DNA of 64,000 bases from an uncultured delta proteobacterium (GTDB lineage: Bacteria; Myxococcota; UBA727; VGSZ01): positions 864,001-928,000 of the forward strand of contig CAVZJB010000011.1 in NCBI GenBank assembly GCA_963775425.1, written 5' to 3'. The notes below the pieces were generated by a model. It was not told the DNA's origin. It searched no databases and worked only from the letters and a program-made list of their open reading frames with translations. Below, piece after piece: positions 1-10,903 of the stretch. Numbering within the stretch: position 1 is the stretch's first letter; every line of letters starts with the position of its first letter. A program made the translations under genes and the position numbers.

Positions 1-2
1 GG

Positions 3-1466
3 GCGTCGCCGGCGAGCAAGCGCGAGCGGCGCACCTGGTTTCGAGCGCGCTCCGCGGCGGCGGAGATGAAGAAGGCGTTCGCGAGCTACGTTCTCGCCGC
101 CAACGCCGTGCCGCTCGGCATCCTCGTCACGCTCGGCGTCGTGATGCACGGCCTCCATCAGCACGCCGAGCTGTCGGCGCTCGAGCGCGCGCGCGGGTTG
201 CCGCCGAAGGTGGCGCTGTCCACCCTCGTCGAGCGGCAGTGCGCTGCGGGCCGCCCCGTCATCGCGCTCGCGGCGTCGGGCGGCGGCACGCGCGCGGCGC
301 TCTACGCCGACGCCGTGCTCTACGGCCTCGCCGAGCTCGACCACGCCGGCGACGTCGTCCTCGCCTCGGGCGTGTCCGGCGGCGGCGCGGCGCTCGCCTA
401 CTTCGCCGCCGACCGCGCGGCGCTGGTGAAGGACGAGCGAGGAGCGTGGGACCGCGCGTTTCAACGCATGAGCCACGCGTACATCGCCGACGTCTTGAAC
501 GGCGCGTTCGAGGAGCGCATCGGCGGCGCGTGGCGGCTGGGCTCGCTCCTCGACGAGAGCTTCGCCTCCACGTGGCGCGCGCCGCGCGCGAGCATGGCCG
601 ACGTCGACGACATGGGCCTCATCTTGAACACGGCGCTCGCCGGCACCTGGCGCTACGACGACGGACCGGAGGCGGACATGACCACGTCGTCGTCTGCGGG
701 CGGCCGCCTGATCTTCACCAACCTGGCGCTGCCCGAGGACTTCGTGACGCCGGCGATGGACGGCGTGGGGCTCACCGACGTCGTGCTCGGCGGTTCCTGG
801 GTGACGCTCTCGGGCGCGGCGGCGTTGAACGCGAACTTCCCGCCGGTGTTTTCGAACGCCGCCGTCGACGCGGGGGACGCGCGTTACTGGGTGACCGACG
901 GAGGCGCCACCGACAACCGCGGCATGGAGATGCCGCTGTACGCGTTGCTCGAGGCGCTGCGGCACGTCGACGTCGGGCCCGGCAAGGCGTGCGCGGCGCC
1001 GCCGGACATCGAGTTCATCGTCGCGGACGCGTCGGCGTTCAGCGACGGCTTCGCGCAGTCGCGCGGGCTGTCGACCATCATGGCGGCGGGGACGATGTTC
1101 AACAGCCAGCTCGTCGTGGAGCTCTTGCGCCGGCTGGGCGAGGCGGACCCGCGGCTGCACTTCCACTACCTGCCGATGCCGGAGGCGCTGCGCGACGACA
1201 ACGGCATCGGCACGCACTGGATGCTGCAGCCGCGCCTCACCATCCCCGCGCGCGGGCGCGCCTCGGAGATCACGCTCACGAGCCCCGACGAGATCATCGG
1301 GCTCGTGCGCGGCATGTTCCGCAGCGACGCCCACGCGTCGGAGGACGCCCTCGTCGAGGAGGCGCGCCACCGCGTCGCGGACAAGGCCACGCACGACGCG
1401 TGGAGCGCCATCGCCGCCGAGCTCGCCGACACGACGACGCCCTCGCCGGCGCAAGGGCAGCGCTGA
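3..1466 (+). CDS. Patatin-like phospholipase (5'-truncated by the window)
   Basis: Oxyanion motif SGGGTRAA, nucleophile GVSGG and catalytic DGG (TDGGATDNRG). The frame is open upstream of ATG 66 to the window edge, so the real start is probably outside the window. Confidence 0.85.
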   Translation, partial: ASPASKRERRTWFRARSAAAEMKKAFASYVLAANAVPLGILVTLGVVMHGLHQHAELSALERARGLPPKVALSTLVERQCAAGRPVIALAASGGGTRAALYADAVLYGLAELDHAGDVVLASGVSGGGAALAYFAADRAALVKDERGAWDRAFQRMSHAYIADVLNGAFEERIGGAWRLGSLLDESFASTWRAPRASMADVDDMGLILNTALAGTWRYDDGPEADMTTSSSAGGRLIFTNLALPEDFVTPAMDGVGLTDVVLGGSWVTLSGAAALNANFPPVFSNAAVDAGDARYWVTDGGATDNRGMEMPLYALLEALRHVDVGPGKACAAPPDIEFIVADASAFSDGFAQSRGLSTIMAAGTMFNSQLVVELLRRLGEADPRLHFHYLPMPEALRDDNGIGTHWMLQPRLTIPARGRASEITLTSPDEIIGLVRGMFRSDAHASEDALVEEARHRVADKATHDAWSAIAAELADTTTPSPAQGQR

Positions 1467-1518
1467 CGACGACGATGTGCGCCGCCTCGCCCCGACCGTG
1501 GGGCGCGCCGGGTGGCCG

Positions 1519-3399
1519 TCAGGGCGGCGGGACGAGGAGGGCCGCGCAGCCTTCGCGCCAGCCGCGCTCGTCGACGCCGCGCTCGAGCGCGCGGGCGACG
1601 CGGGCGGCGGCGGCGGCGCGCGGGTCGTTGACCGCGCGCAGGAAGGTCGCGGCGCCGTCGAAGCCGCGCGCGAAGGCGAGCTCGGTGGCGTGCCCGAAGC
1701 CGGGCGCATCGAGCGGGCGCGCGTGCAGCTCGTCGACGAACGGGCACAGGCGGAGGGCGGCGTCGACGGTCTTGACGTCGACGTCTCCGCTGTCCGCGCC
1801 GTCGACGACCCACAACAGCCCGCGCAGGTGCGCGGCGGCGTCGTCGGGGTCGATCAAGGCGCGGTCGAGCGCGGCGACAAAGAGACCACGGGCCCGCGCG
1901 CGAGCAACGACGTCTCTCGCTGACGGCGGCGCGCCGGTGAACGCGAGGCGCGGCTCGAGCTTGGGCGCGACGTCGCGCCAGTACCAGGCCGTGCCGTCGT
2001 GCACGTTCAACGGGTAGCGGCGGGCGTCGCCCTCGCCGGCGCCGCCGAGCACCTCGCGGTCTGTGGCCGCGAGCCAGACGGCGTCGTCGGGCAGGACGGC
2101 CGCGAGCGCACGGCGCATGACGTCCTGCTCGTTCCGGTCGGAGAGATCGGCGCGCGCGTGGCCGACGACGAAGAGCCACACGGTCGCGAGCGCGGCGAGC
2201 GCGGCGGCGCCGGCGACGCGCGCGCGCGGCGCGCCGGCGGGACCCGCGGCGAAGTCGAGGGCGAGGCCGGCGAGGACGGCGCCGGGGACGAGCAGCGTGC
2301 CGCCGAAGCGCTCGAGGTACGGCGTCGCCGCCCCCGGCAGCGTCGCACGCGTGAGGAACAGGAGCGCGAGCGCGGCGACGGCGACGACGAGGAGCGCGGC
2401 CGGTGAGCCCTCGTCGAGGGGCTGGGCCTCGCCGCCGGCGTCGCGCGAGCGGGGCGCCCTCCTGCGGAGCGCGACGACGACGGCGCCGGCCGCCATGAGG
2501 AGCGGGGTGAGGGGGGCACGCAACGAGAAGCGGCCGAGCACCGCGAGCGCGGAGGTGCCGCTGGCGCCCGCGTCGGCGCCGAGGCGGAAGGTGCCGTAGC
2601 GCCGGCGCAGGACGTGGTCGACGACGTCTCCGGCGCTAAAGACGGGCGCGTCCGGGAAGCCGGCGCCGCCGTGCAAGAGCGGCATGGTGAAGACGAGGGC
2701 GCAGAACACCACGGCGAAGACGGCGGCGGCGACGGCGAGCGCGGCCCACGCGATCCTCGACCGCGATCCGTTCGCGCGCGTCGCCGTCGTCGCCGTCGCG
2801 CGCCTTCGCAGCACGACGGCGACGAACGAGCCGAGGAACGCCGGCGCCGTGACGATGGTCACCGGGTGCTGCGCGCCGGCGAGCGCGACGAGCGCACCGA
2901 GGAGCGCGGCCTGGCCGATGCGCCGGCGCTCGTCGAGGGCAGCGCTGCGCGGCGACCAAAGGAGCGCGCACTGCCAGAGGATCGCCGCCATCAGCATGTG
3001 GGCGAGCGCGAAGACCTCGGGCTCGAGGCCGAGCGGCCACGTCGTCGGAAAGAACGCGAAGGTGAGCGCGCCGGCGACGCGCGCAGCGGGTCTGGCGCCG
3101 AGGGCGCGCAGCGCCTCGACGAGGAACGCGGCGGCGGCGGCGTGGGCGCACAGACAGAGCAGGTCCACGCGCAGGGTGCCGTCGACGTCGCCGGAGAAGC
3201 CCGGCAGGTGCGCGAGCAGCCGCTGCAGCCACGCCTGCAGCGCGAAGCCGGGCGCGTGCAAGACGCCGCCGCGCACGACGTTGCCCGCGATCTCGAGGCC
3301 GTCGCCGGAGAGCGCTGCCGGCGCGAGCATGGGGACGGACACGGCGGCCACGACGAGCGCCACGAGGAGCGCGAGCCAGCCACGGGTGAGGCGGGACAC
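1519..3399 (-). CDS. DUF2723 / TMEM260-like polytopic membrane glycosyltransferase (GT-C type)
   Basis: N-terminal GDGLEI...GVLHAPGFAL matches the DUF2723 pattern GDxxE...HPPGYPL; EVFAL motif; many TM helices. Confidence 0.65.
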   Translation of the reverse strand: MSRLTRGWLALLVALVVAAVSVPMLAPAALSGDGLEIAGNVVRGGVLHAPGFALQAWLQRLLAHLPGFSGDVDGTLRVDLLCLCAHAAAAAFLVEALRALGARPAARVAGALTFAFFPTTWPLGLEPEVFALAHMLMAAILWQCALLWSPRSAALDERRRIGQAALLGALVALAGAQHPVTIVTAPAFLGSFVAVVLRRRATATTATRANGSRSRIAWAALAVAAAVFAVVFCALVFTMPLLHGGAGFPDAPVFSAGDVVDHVLRRRYGTFRLGADAGASGTSALAVLGRFSLRAPLTPLLMAAGAVVVALRRRAPRSRDAGGEAQPLDEGSPAALLVVAVAALALLFLTRATLPGAATPYLERFGGTLLVPGAVLAGLALDFAAGPAGAPRARVAGAAALAALATVWLFVVGHARADLSDRNEQDVMRRALAAVLPDDAVWLAATDREVLGGAGEGDARRYPLNVHDGTAWYWRDVAPKLEPRLAFTGAPPSARDVVARARARGLFVAALDRALIDPDDAAAHLRGLLWVVDGADSGDVDVKTVDAALRLCPFVDELHARPLDAPGFGHATELAFARGFDGAATFLRAVNDPRAAAAARVARALERGVDERGWREGCAALLVPPP

Positions 3400-3503
3400 G
3401 CGCCGATGCTACTCGACTCGTGCGCTGCGCCGCCGTCAGCCTGCTTGCTTCGGCTCGTCGCGACCGCTTGCGCAGGGGCTCGCCGGGCGCGACGCTCCGC
3501 CCC

Positions 3504-4907
3504 ATGCGCGCTGTCGTCGCCGGCATTGCGATCTTGGCGAGCGCGTGCGCGTCCACCGCGCACGTGACGTTGCCGCCGCGGCCGGCGAAGGACGCGCCGC
3601 TCGCCGAGCGCGAGGCATACCGCGACCGCGTCGCCGGCGCGGCGAACGAGCGAGGCTTCGTCATCGGCAAGGACGTCGTCGAGGACCCGAGCGATCTCCT
3701 GCCCGCGGTGGAGCCTGGCTCGACGACGGCGAAAGCCGCGGGGGCGGCCGCCTTCGACGACGGGCTCGGGACGGCAGGGATCGTCGCCGCGGGCGTCGGG
3801 GTCGTCGGCGGCCTCGACGGCATCATCCTCGGCGTCATCGTCGTGAACGCCGACGGCCGAAACCCCGACGCGTCCACGGCCGTGGTCATCGGCGGCTCGG
3901 TGTTCATGCTCGCCGGCCTCGGCGTCTTTGCGCTCGCGTCCATTCCCGCGGGCCACGTCGACGACGAGCGGCGCGCGGCGTTCGTCGCCTACAACGACGA
4001 CGTCGCCGCGGCGGTCGGGCTCCCTCCTCCCGCGCCCGCTCCCGCTCCCGCTCCCGAGATCGCGCGCGCGCCGCCGCCGCGCGCGCCTCCGGGCGAGGAC
4101 GCCGCGGACACAAACCGCGCCGCGCGCGACGTCGATGACGCCGCGGACGGCGCGGACGGCGACGCCCTGGGCACCGGGTCCACCCGCGCCGTCGCCGCAG
4201 ACCCGCTCCCCATGCACATCATCGCGCGCGTCGGCGGCACCGTCGTCGCCGACCTCGACGCCGGCCCCGACGGCGCGCTCGCCCCGCGCTCCGTCGACGG
4301 CGCCCACCGCGAGGAGGCCGGCGTGCTGGGCGCCGTGCTCGGCACGCGCGGGAGCGCGCTGTTCGCGTGCTTCGCGCGCACCTTCCCGAACGCGGGCGCC
4401 AAGCAGCGGGCGCGCGTGAAGCTGCGCGTCGCCAAGGGGCGGGTCGCCGGCGCCAAGGGGCGCGGCGCCGGCGCGGCCTGCGCCGCCCACGCGCTCTCCC
4501 GCGGAGGAGGGCTCGGCGGCCCGAGCTTCGACGTCGACCTCGACATCGAGCACACGGCCGGGCCCTTCGTCGCCCCGCGCTGTCGGCGCGCCATCGACGC
4601 CGGCGCGCTCGGCGCAAACGCGGCCGGCGTGACCGCGTGCCTCGGCCTGTTCCTCGCGCCCGACGGCGTCGAGGTCACGCGCGCCGCCGACCCCTCCTTC
4701 GCCGGGCCCATGCTCGCCGAGGCGTTCCGCGAGGACGGCTGCGCCGCGAAGGCCGCGCGCGGCTTCGCGCTGTGCAAGCGCAAGCGCGTCGCCGGCGTCG
4801 ACGGCGCCACCCTCGCCGCCGAGCTCGCCGCCATGGAGGAGCGCTACGTGCGCACGCTCACCGACGACGACGCGATCGTCGCCGCGGCCCTCGCCGCGCT
4901 CCGCTGA
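3504..4907 (+). CDS. Hypothetical lipoprotein/membrane protein with a Pro linker and a possible AgmX/PglI (TonB-C-like) region
   Basis: Lipobox-like ILASAC after ATG 3504; two hydrophobic helices; PAPAPAP linker; Cys-paired C-terminal part. Confidence 0.5.
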   Translation: MRAVVAGIAILASACASTAHVTLPPRPAKDAPLAEREAYRDRVAGAANERGFVIGKDVVEDPSDLLPAVEPGSTTAKAAGAAAFDDGLGTAGIVAAGVGVVGGLDGIILGVIVVNADGRNPDASTAVVIGGSVFMLAGLGVFALASIPAGHVDDERRAAFVAYNDDVAAAVGLPPPAPAPAPAPEIARAPPPRAPPGEDAADTNRAARDVDDAADGADGDALGTGSTRAVAADPLPMHIIARVGGTVVADLDAGPDGALAPRSVDGAHREEAGVLGAVLGTRGSALFACFARTFPNAGAKQRARVKLRVAKGRVAGAKGRGAGAACAAHALSRGGGLGGPSFDVDLDIEHTAGPFVAPRCRRAIDAGALGANAAGVTACLGLFLAPDGVEVTRAADPSFAGPMLAEAFREDGCAAKAARGFALCKRKRVAGVDGATLAAELAAMEERYVRTLTDDDAIVAAALAALR

Positions 4908-5018
4908 TCGAGGGCGGCGCCCCACGACGGCGAGCGGCATACGTCATCAGGAGGATGAGCGCCCGTGCTGCGCGGTGGGTGCGCGCGGGCCGGTGCTAGC
5001 GTCCGTCGCGAGGTCCCC

Positions 5019-7058
<2,040 letters not shown>

Positions 7059-7100
7059 CGACTCGCGCGATTTCCGGATTCCACAGCGCGAATCAGCGGA

Positions 7101-7130
7101 GAGTTGCGCAGAGTTGCGCGGACCTGCGCA
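7101..7130 (+). promoter_or_regulatory. 10-bp tandem direct repeat GAGTTGCGC(A/G), candidate regulator site
   Basis: GAGTTGCGCA-GAGTTGCGCG-GACCTGCGCA in the intergenic region; the same pair of decamers recurs at 20418-20437. Confidence 0.4.
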
Positions 7131-7234
7131 GCGGCTGTGCGCAGACGCGGAGATGCGTCTGTGGGCCGATGTGCGGGCCGTGCGGCGAGCACCCATAGTG
7201 CGTCAATCGGGTCCGAGCCGAAAGGAGGCCGCGG

Positions 7235-9046
7235 GTGCAGAAATCATCGATCACAGCGAGGACGAGGCGGGGCTCGTCGCGGAGACTTCTCGGTCGTGCA
7301 GGTGCGGCCGCGGCGGGCGTCGCTCTGCTCGCGCTCGCGTGCGTCCAGGACGTCGAAGACGGCCCTCAGCTCGACTCGAACGCGCCGCGGAACATCGAGG
7401 CGCACCTGACGGTGGCGGACAAGATGCCGCGCTACGAGGCGATTCGTGACTCCGCGCGCGCGCGGGGAATCGGAAATGCGTATCTGCTCGCGGGCATCGC
7501 CAACACCGAGAGCGGGCTCGCGCAGTGTTGGTCGGAAGCCACGTGGGCGTGCGCCGGGCCGAGCTCGCCGGATTGTGGCGGCGGGCCCGTCATCGCCGGC
7601 GCGGCCGACGGGCCATGCGGCGCCCGGCAAGGCGGGCTCGGCATGTTTCAGTTCGACGCAGGCACGTACGACGACACGCTCTCACGGTATGGACAGAGCG
7701 TCGTCACCGTCGACGGTCAGGTGGCGTCGGCCATCGACTACGTCGTCAACATGGTCAAGATCTCCGCTTACACGACGAACGCGGAGACCGACGACAAGGC
7801 GCGCGACTGGATCAACAACTTCGACGTGGACAACGCCACGCTGCGCGATCAGTGGATCAAGACGGTGGTCCGCTACTACAACGGTTGCCAACCGGGCTGG
7901 AGCTGCTGGGATCCGCGCCTGCGCACGTACAGCGACGGCATGTGGGCGGCGGTGCAGGATCCGGGCGTCGACTTCTGGGGAGCCGCGGGCGGCGGCGAGA
8001 CGCAGTGCGGATCGAGCCCGGCGGTCGTCGGAGCCATCGCGGAAAAGTATCGCGCGCTGGGAGGGTGCGACTCGTTCCTGGGTGCGCCCATCAGCGAGGA
8101 GGCCTCGACGTCGGACGGCGTCGGTCGCGTGAGCGACTTCGAGCACGGCTCCATCTACTGGACACCCGACACGGGCGCCTTCGAGGTGCACGGCGCCATC
8201 CGCGACAAGTGGCGGGCGCTGGGCGCCGAGGGGAGCGTGCTCGGGTACCCGACGACGGACGAAGGGCCCGCGCTCGATGACGGCCGCTACAATCACTTCG
8301 AAAACGGCTCCATCTACTGGACGCCCGCCGGCGGCGCGTTCGAAGTGCACGGCGCCATCCACGACGCGTGGGAACAGTCAGGTTGGGAGCAGGGGGCGCT
8401 CGGCTTTCCGGTGTCCGACGAGTACGACGTCGCGGACGGTCGACGGAGCGACTTCGAGCGCGGCTCCATCGCGTGGAACGGCAGCACCGGCGAGGTCGCC
8501 GTCGTCGCGGACGGCGAGAGCGCGCCGCGATGGAAGGTGCTCCCCGTCGACTACCAGATCCAGGAGACCAGCTATTGGTGCGGTCCCGCCGCCACGCGCG
8601 CAGCCCTCTCCGCGCGCGTGACGCCGGCGCCGACGCAAGCGGCGCTCGCCGGTGAGCTCGGCACGACGACGAACGGCACCGACTGGATCGGCCAGGTCAC
8701 CGGAGTGCTCAACGATCACCTCGGCGCGGGGCGCTACCAAACCGTGGAGATGCCGGACGATCCGCCGACACAGGCGCAGCGCGACCGCCTCTGGCAAGAC
8801 GTCACCCTGAGCATCGACAACGGCTACGCGCTGGTCGCGAACATCGTCGCGCCGCCGAACAACCACCCGCCCGGGTATCCGAGCTCGACCATCTATCACT
8901 ACTTCACCGTCGCCGGTTACAACCCGGACACGCGCGAGGTCTACATCGCCGACTCGGCAAACTTCAGCGGACAGCAGCTCTATTGGCTGTCGTTCGACCA
9001 GCTCGCCACGCTGATTCCCCCCAAGGGGTACGCGACCTATCGGTGA
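7235..9046 (+). CDS. Lipoprotein: lysozyme/lytic-transglycosylase-like domain + LGFP repeats + C39-like peptidase
   Basis: LLALAC lipobox; IANTESG and GLGMFQF (SLT-like ES and GLMQ motifs); three LGAP/LGYP/LGFP...FExGSIYW repeats; QETSYWCGPA...HYFTVAGY...IADS (Cys-His-Asp). Confidence 0.8.
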   Translation: MQKSSITARTRRGSSRRLLGRAGAAAAGVALLALACVQDVEDGPQLDSNAPRNIEAHLTVADKMPRYEAIRDSARARGIGNAYLLAGIANTESGLAQCWSEATWACAGPSSPDCGGGPVIAGAADGPCGARQGGLGMFQFDAGTYDDTLSRYGQSVVTVDGQVASAIDYVVNMVKISAYTTNAETDDKARDWINNFDVDNATLRDQWIKTVVRYYNGCQPGWSCWDPRLRTYSDGMWAAVQDPGVDFWGAAGGGETQCGSSPAVVGAIAEKYRALGGCDSFLGAPISEEASTSDGVGRVSDFEHGSIYWTPDTGAFEVHGAIRDKWRALGAEGSVLGYPTTDEGPALDDGRYNHFENGSIYWTPAGGAFEVHGAIHDAWEQSGWEQGALGFPVSDEYDVADGRRSDFERGSIAWNGSTGEVAVVADGESAPRWKVLPVDYQIQETSYWCGPAATRAALSARVTPAPTQAALAGELGTTTNGTDWIGQVTGVLNDHLGAGRYQTVEMPDDPPTQAQRDRLWQDVTLSIDNGYALVANIVAPPNNHPPGYPSSTIYHYFTVAGYNPDTREVYIADSANFSGQQLYWLSFDQLATLIPPKGYATYR

Positions 9047-9079
9047 CCGCGTCGCCGACGGCTGACGGCGCCGTCCAGG

Positions 9080-9928
9080 CTACGTGGGCGTGGAGCCGCG
9101 CGCGCGTTGGCGCATGGTCAACAGCGCGCGGCCGACGGCGCCGAGGACGAGCGCGATGCCGAAGGTGACGACGACGGCGGCGCCCGTCGGCAGGTCGAGC
9201 GTGAAGGAGCCCCACAGGCCCGCCGCCGACACCAGCGCGCCGAGGCTCCACGCCATCACCAGGCGCACCCCGAGGCGCTTGGTGAACAGGGCGGAGAACA
9301 CCGCGGGCACGATGAGGAACGAGAACACGAGGAGCACGCCCGCCATCTGCACGCTGCTCGTGATGATGACGCCGAACGTCGAGTAGAAGAGCAGGTCCCA
9401 GAGCATGGGCTTCCAACCGTCGTGCTCCGGCGCGTCGTGGTCGAACGACAGCGCGAGGAAGCGCTTGCGGAACGCGAAGTGCAGCACGGCGAGCGCCCCG
9501 AAGATGAGGGCGGTGACCCCCACCTCGGGCAGCGTGACCGTCAGGAGGCTGCCGATGAGGATCTCCTTGATCTCCTCGTCGCCGTGCGGGAGGAACTTGG
9601 CGACGAGGATGGCCGACGCCGCGGCCACCGCGTAGGTGATGCCGATGAAGGCCTCCTGCGGCACTCGTTTGCGAACGCCGCGGGTGAGCGCGAACAGCGC
9701 GGCGCCACCGAAGGTGAAGCCGAGCGACCAGACGTAGGACATCTTGGTGTGGGGCTCGACGCCGTTGTACGAGGCCACCGCCGTGCCGAGCGCGGCGATC
9801 TGCGCCAGGGCGATGTCGACGAAGATGACCTCGCGCGCGAGCACGTGGAGCCCGAGGTACGCGAGGAAGCCCGTCAACAGGAGACAGGCGAGGAAGCCGG
9901 GGAAGAGGATCTGGAGCTCGAGACTCAT
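9080..9928 (-). CDS. Zn/Mn ABC transporter permease (ZnuB-like)
   Basis: Starts MSLELQILF at an ATGA overlap with the upstream SBP; GLHVLAREVIFVDIALAQIAALG and AGVLLVFSFLIVPA motifs. Confidence 0.85.
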   Translation of the reverse strand: MSLELQILFPGFLACLLLTGFLAYLGLHVLAREVIFVDIALAQIAALGTAVASYNGVEPHTKMSYVWSLGFTFGGAALFALTRGVRKRVPQEAFIGITYAVAAASAILVAKFLPHGDEEIKEILIGSLLTVTLPEVGVTALIFGALAVLHFAFRKRFLALSFDHDAPEHDGWKPMLWDLLFYSTFGVIITSSVQMAGVLLVFSFLIVPAVFSALFTKRLGVRLVMAWSLGALVSAAGLWGSFTLDLPTGAAVVVTFGIALVLGAVGRALLTMRQRARGSTPT

Positions 9929-10830
9929 GACGCGACCTTCGCGAGATCGCCTACGATGGCGTCGAACAGATCGAAGTAGGTGTGAATCTTCTCGTTGCCG
10001 CCGACCATGCTCGGCACGTAGACCACCTTCGCGTCGGAGTGGGCGGCGATCTGGTCGGGCGAGCGGCGGTCGTAGAAGTTCTCCATGAGGATGGCCTTCA
10101 CCTTGCGCGCGCGCACGGTCTTGATGACCTCGACGGTGTGTTGCGCGGTGGGCTGCACGCCGGGCTTGGGCTCGACGAAGTCGACGACCTCGAGCTTGTA
10201 GCGCTCGGCGAAGTAGGACCACGACTTGTGGTACGTCACAATCGGCTGGCCCTGCAGCGGCGCCAACGCCTTCGCCCACGCCGCCTCTTTCTCCGTCAGC
10301 TTCTGCTCGAACGCCTTGAGGTTCGCCTCGTAGGTGGCTTTGCCGTCGGGATCGAGCTCGCTGAGGCGGGCGGCGATGCCGCGGGCCATCATGCGGCCGT
10401 TCTCGGGGTCGAGCCAGTAGTGCGGGTTTCCCTTGGGGTGCACGTCGCCTTGTGCGCGGTCCGCGATCGACACGACCTCGAGCGGGCGAATGAACTGCGA
10501 CAGGTCGAGATAGCCGGGGCTGCCGATCTGCACCTTGGGGTTGCGCGCGCCCGTCAACAGCGGCGGCAGCCAGCCGATCTCGAGGTCGAGCCCGACGGCC
10601 TCGACGAGGTCGGCGCGGTTCATCGCGAGCATGAACGACGGCTTGGCGTCGAGGAAGTGCGGGTCCTGATAGCCCTTGCACAGCGCGGTGACGTCGACGC
10701 GGTCACCGCCGATGGCGCGGGTGATGGCGCCCGGGTCCTGCGTGGTGGTGACGACCCGGAGCTTGGCAAATGCCGGCGACGCCCCGAGGACGATCGCCAG
10801 CGCGACGAGTGATTGGACGATGCGATTCAT
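9925..10830 (-). CDS. Zn/Mn ABC transporter substrate-binding protein (ZnuA/TroA family)
   Basis: Signal peptide; DPH, GLDLE, GNPHYWLDP and YHKSW motifs. Confidence 0.92.
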   Translation of the reverse strand: MNRIVQSLVALAIVLGASPAFAKLRVVTTTQDPGAITRAIGGDRVDVTALCKGYQDPHFLDAKPSFMLAMNRADLVEAVGLDLEIGWLPPLLTGARNPKVQIGSPGYLDLSQFIRPLEVVSIADRAQGDVHPKGNPHYWLDPENGRMMARGIAARLSELDPDGKATYEANLKAFEQKLTEKEAAWAKALAPLQGQPIVTYHKSWSYFAERYKLEVVDFVEPKPGVQPTAQHTVEVIKTVRARKVKAILMENFYDRRSPDQIAAHSDAKVVYVPSMVGGNEKIHTYFDLFDAIVGDLAKVAS

Positions 10831-10852
10831 TGGACGACTCCGTGATTGAGGG

Positions 10853-10869
10853 GCGGGGCTCGGCCCCGC
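10853..10869. other. Intercistronic GC stem-loop
   Basis: GCGGGGC-TCG-GCCCCGC perfect 7-bp stem between the receptor and SBP genes; no U tract. Confidence 0.35.
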
Positions 10870-10903
10870 GAAGGTGGATGGAGCGGGGCGGCCCGCGTCG
10901 GAA

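Noticed and set aside
7235-9046. Prophage lysis cassette
   Set aside because: No holin or other phage genes; the protein has a lipoprotein signal.
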